This document shows, piece by piece, positions 30,072 through 32,000 of a stretch of 32,000 nt of DNA; position 1 is the stretch's first letter; each line of letters opens with the position of its first letter. The notes beneath the pieces are model-generated. The model did not search any database. It was not told the origin of the DNA and was given only the letters and a program-made list of their open reading frames with translations. Location of the stretch: assembly GCA_964638435.1 (NCBI GenBank), contig CAZXAY010000003.1, positions 8,431-40,430 on the forward strand, in the 5' to 3' direction. Both the position numbers and the translations under genes were made by a program. This stretch comes from an uncultured Candidatus Saccharibacteria bacterium (lineage in GTDB: Bacteria; Patescibacteriota; UBA1384; JAMDBS01; CAZXAY01).

Positions 30072-31049
30072 TTATACCTCGCTAATAATATCGAAACCTC
30101 TAAAACTACCTGTTATTGATAACCCAACTACTTTCCCTTTACAAATATTTTTATCCTTAATCTGTTTGGCGGTTTCATTAAGAGTTGCTCCAGATCCTAC
30201 TGCATCATCAATTAGTAATATATTTTTGCATGATGCTATTTTTTCAACAATTATAGTTTTTTGCGCGTTTTCAACCCTATCATTTAACTTTGATAATGTT
30301 TTTTGAGGAACTATTACAGGGGTTTTTAATTTAATTAAAGAAATTGTTTTAGATTTTAGTGCAAGATTTTTTTCTAATTCGCGCATAAATTGAATCTCTC
30401 TTTTAACAGTTGGTGGAATAAACCCAACAGAATCAATTTTGTTTTTTTTGATAATATCATCAATTTTTGGTTTTATACCATGTGATAATTCTCTGATTAA
30501 TTTAATATTCTGACTTTGTTTAGCATACAACAATTGTTGTCCTAATTTTGTTTTCCCAAATCTCTCAATAGAATAAAAATCTAGATAATATAATTGATCT
30601 AGATATACATCTTTAAAAGTATTTTGAATTTTTTTCAAACCATTAATTAAACCATTTTTTTTAAATTGACCATACTTTTTAATAATTTTAATATAATCAT
30701 CAGCCGTCTTATCGACTTTTTGATTATTCTTATTACACCAATAAGCAAACCCATCCCAACCCTGTTTTATTTCGCCTGCAGAAGAAATTAAATAATAATT
30801 ATCATCAATAACTCTTTTAATTTTCATCGAAATCTTGATTTCTAATCCAATTTGTTGTTCATCTGTTAAATAATAATATACTATTGGTGGTAACCCGGAT
30901 TTATAAATAACTTTTTTATTAATGAGGTTTTTAAGCTGCTTAAAGACTGCTCTTTGAGAAATACTAAGATATTCAACCAATTGGTGAGCAGTTGCGTGTT
31001 TATTTTTCTTAATAAATTTTATAATTTTTTTTGATGTGTCGGTTTTCAT
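30072..31049 (-). CDS. ComF-like phosphoribosyltransferase with N-terminal wHTH
   Basis: C-terminal PRPP-binding loop ILLIDDAVGSGATLNE. N-terminal HTH-like ATAHQLVEYLSISQRAVFKQLKNL. Confidence 0.7.
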   Translation of the reverse strand: MKTDTSKKIIKFIKKNKHATAHQLVEYLSISQRAVFKQLKNLINKKVIYKSGLPPIVYYYLTDEQQIGLEIKISMKIKRVIDDNYYLISSAGEIKQGWDGFAYWCNKNNQKVDKTADDYIKIIKKYGQFKKNGLINGLKKIQNTFKDVYLDQLYYLDFYSIERFGKTKLGQQLLYAKQSQNIKLIRELSHGIKPKIDDIIKKNKIDSVGFIPPTVKREIQFMRELEKNLALKSKTISLIKLKTPVIVPQKTLSKLNDRVENAQKTIIVEKIASCKNILLIDDAVGSGATLNETAKQIKDKNICKGKVVGLSITGSFRGFDIISEV

Positions 31050-31162
31050 ATATTTATAATATCACAGTTTGTTGATAGTTCATAGTTCACAGTAAACTAT
31101 GAACTATGATAATCATTTTTTCTTTCAAAACTATAAAAATATGCACTTTTGCTCGAACCTCA

Positions 31163-31306
31163 TTAACACATTAGACTTGTTAAACCAAACCTTTCATCAC
31201 AAGGAAAATCTTTACAAATTTTATAAATTAATAAAACTAACTTATGTGCTTCCTGCCAAGTAATCAAATCTGTAAACGATTTTATTCTCTTTTTATTGTT
31301 ATCCAT
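31163..31306 (-). pseudogene. Truncated four-helix-bundle (23S rRNA IVS / Avd-like family) gene, 47 codons
   Basis: My translation: MDNNKKRIKSFTDLITWQEAHKLVLLIYKICKDFPCDERFGLTSLMC*. The family normally continues GLTSQ(I/L)RRAAvSI... for about 70 more residues. Confidence 0.65.
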
Positions 31307-31335
31307 ACTAAATACTAACTTCTAAATACTTGATA

Positions 31336-31650
31336 CTATTCTAATATCTGTTTAACCTTAATGTATCCATCTTTTTGAGCCGGGGCGTTGGATAAAAGTC
31401 CCTCACGATTAACTTTTTTATCTGCATTAATCTGTGTCTGTCCATCAGCGATATCCTCCCTAAACACATTTTCTAACCCTGTAACTTGTGATGTTTCCTC
31501 AATCCCATCTGTTTTGACTTCTTCTAATTTTTCCACAAACTTCAAAATTCCCGAAAGCTGTTCGGAGTATAATTGTTTTTCTTCATCTGATAATTCAATC
31601 CGAGCAAGTCGTGCAATACTGTCAACTTGATCTTTGGATAATTTACTCAT
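31336..31650 (-). CDS. gatC: Asp/Glu-tRNA(Asn/Gln) amidotransferase subunit C
   Basis: LARIELSDEEKQLYSEQLSGILKFVEKLEEV. I prefer the ATG at 31650 (GGAGA 5 nt upstream) over the track start at 31689. Confidence 0.88.
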   Translation of the reverse strand: MSKLSKDQVDSIARLARIELSDEEKQLYSEQLSGILKFVEKLEEVKTDGIEETSQVTGLENVFREDIADGQTQINADKKVNREGLLSNAPAQKDGYIKVKQILE

Positions 31651-31715
31651 TATTTTCTCCAAAAGCAATACGTGCCCCGTATACGACACTTCTGTTATAA
31701 CAGGACGTAGTCAGT

Positions 31716-31772
31716 TTAACAGAAAGGAATTATACTGGGGTCCTCAACTTGCTCTTTAGTTAGCTTATTCAT
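31716..31772 (-). pseudogene. Ghost 5' end of gatC (18 codons plus stop)
   Basis: ATG AAT AAG CTA ACT AAA GAG CAA GTT GAG GAC CCC AGT ATA... gives MNKLTKEQVEDPSI.., against real gatC MSKLSKDQVD--SI... Same codon register; the substitutions are conservative or synonymous. Confidence 0.55.
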
Positions 31773-31834
31773 GATATTTTTAGTATATCAATTCTATCTT
31801 TAAAATCAAATAGATAAAAAATCATTATAAATAG

Positions 31835-31999
31835 GACTTACGCCTTTGATTATTGTTCGAGGTAATCAGTTTATCTCGAGTATCTTTGAGAGAAGAACTA
31901 CAGCTGTTGTAAATTTATTTCGATTATTACCGAGAGACTTCTCATTCGATTACTCGTTCGAAGAATAAAAGAGTTTTTTAACGTTTAATCGCGTAAGTC
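31835..31999. repeat. 165-bp segment bounded by a perfect 9-bp inverted repeat gacttacgc / gcgtaagtc
   Basis: Termini at 31835-31843 and 31991-31999, with internal partial pairings (ggtaat/attacc, cttc/gaag). Could be a second small element or a structured RNA. It abuts the window end. Confidence 0.35.
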
Positions 32000-32000
32000 G

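Noticed and set aside
1-32000. Alternative genetic code (UGA recoding, as in some CPR lineages)
   Set aside because: Conserved genes are full length with standard stops, and TGA ends paralog B and the RT ORF at sensible positions. The single in-frame TAG in the RT co-occurs with other lesions, so a pseudogene explanation is simpler.

Overview
AT-rich window (about 30% GC by eye). Almost every gene is on the minus strand; prfA is the only clear plus-strand gene. Standard genetic code: TGA and TAA both terminate intact conserved genes. The gene content looks like a reduced-genome bacterium of the CPR/Patescibacteria type (inference). Core genes: gap, tpiA, proS, rseP, frr, pyrH, tsf, rpsB, rpmE, prfA, an htrA-like protease, gatB, gatA, gatC. 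No rRNA, tRNA or CRISPR array was recognised. Main points: (1) An accessory island of about 11.7 kb (16653-28332) splits gatA from gatB. It carries a decayed DGR-type reverse transcriptase, two paralogous genes with GC-rich, A-poor hypervariable 3' ends (candidate DGR variable regions), two paralogous AbiEi/AbiEii pairs, a DUF4143-type ATPase, a RhuM-Doc fusion and an 864-aa orphan. No template repeat was found. (2) A MITE-like element occurs twice. One copy splits the RT between motifs 4 and 5, and removing it restores the reading frame. (3) Intergenic DNA is largely built from AT-rich 'stuttering word' hairpins, some with GC-rich cores. The same modules sit in frame inside gatA, gatB and proS, reminiscent of Rickettsia palindromic elements. 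(4) Short ghost copies of gene ends (hypC 3', gatB 5', gatC 5') differ from the live genes only or mostly by synonymous or conservative changes. All calls come from reading the sequence and from remembered family motifs; no searches were run.
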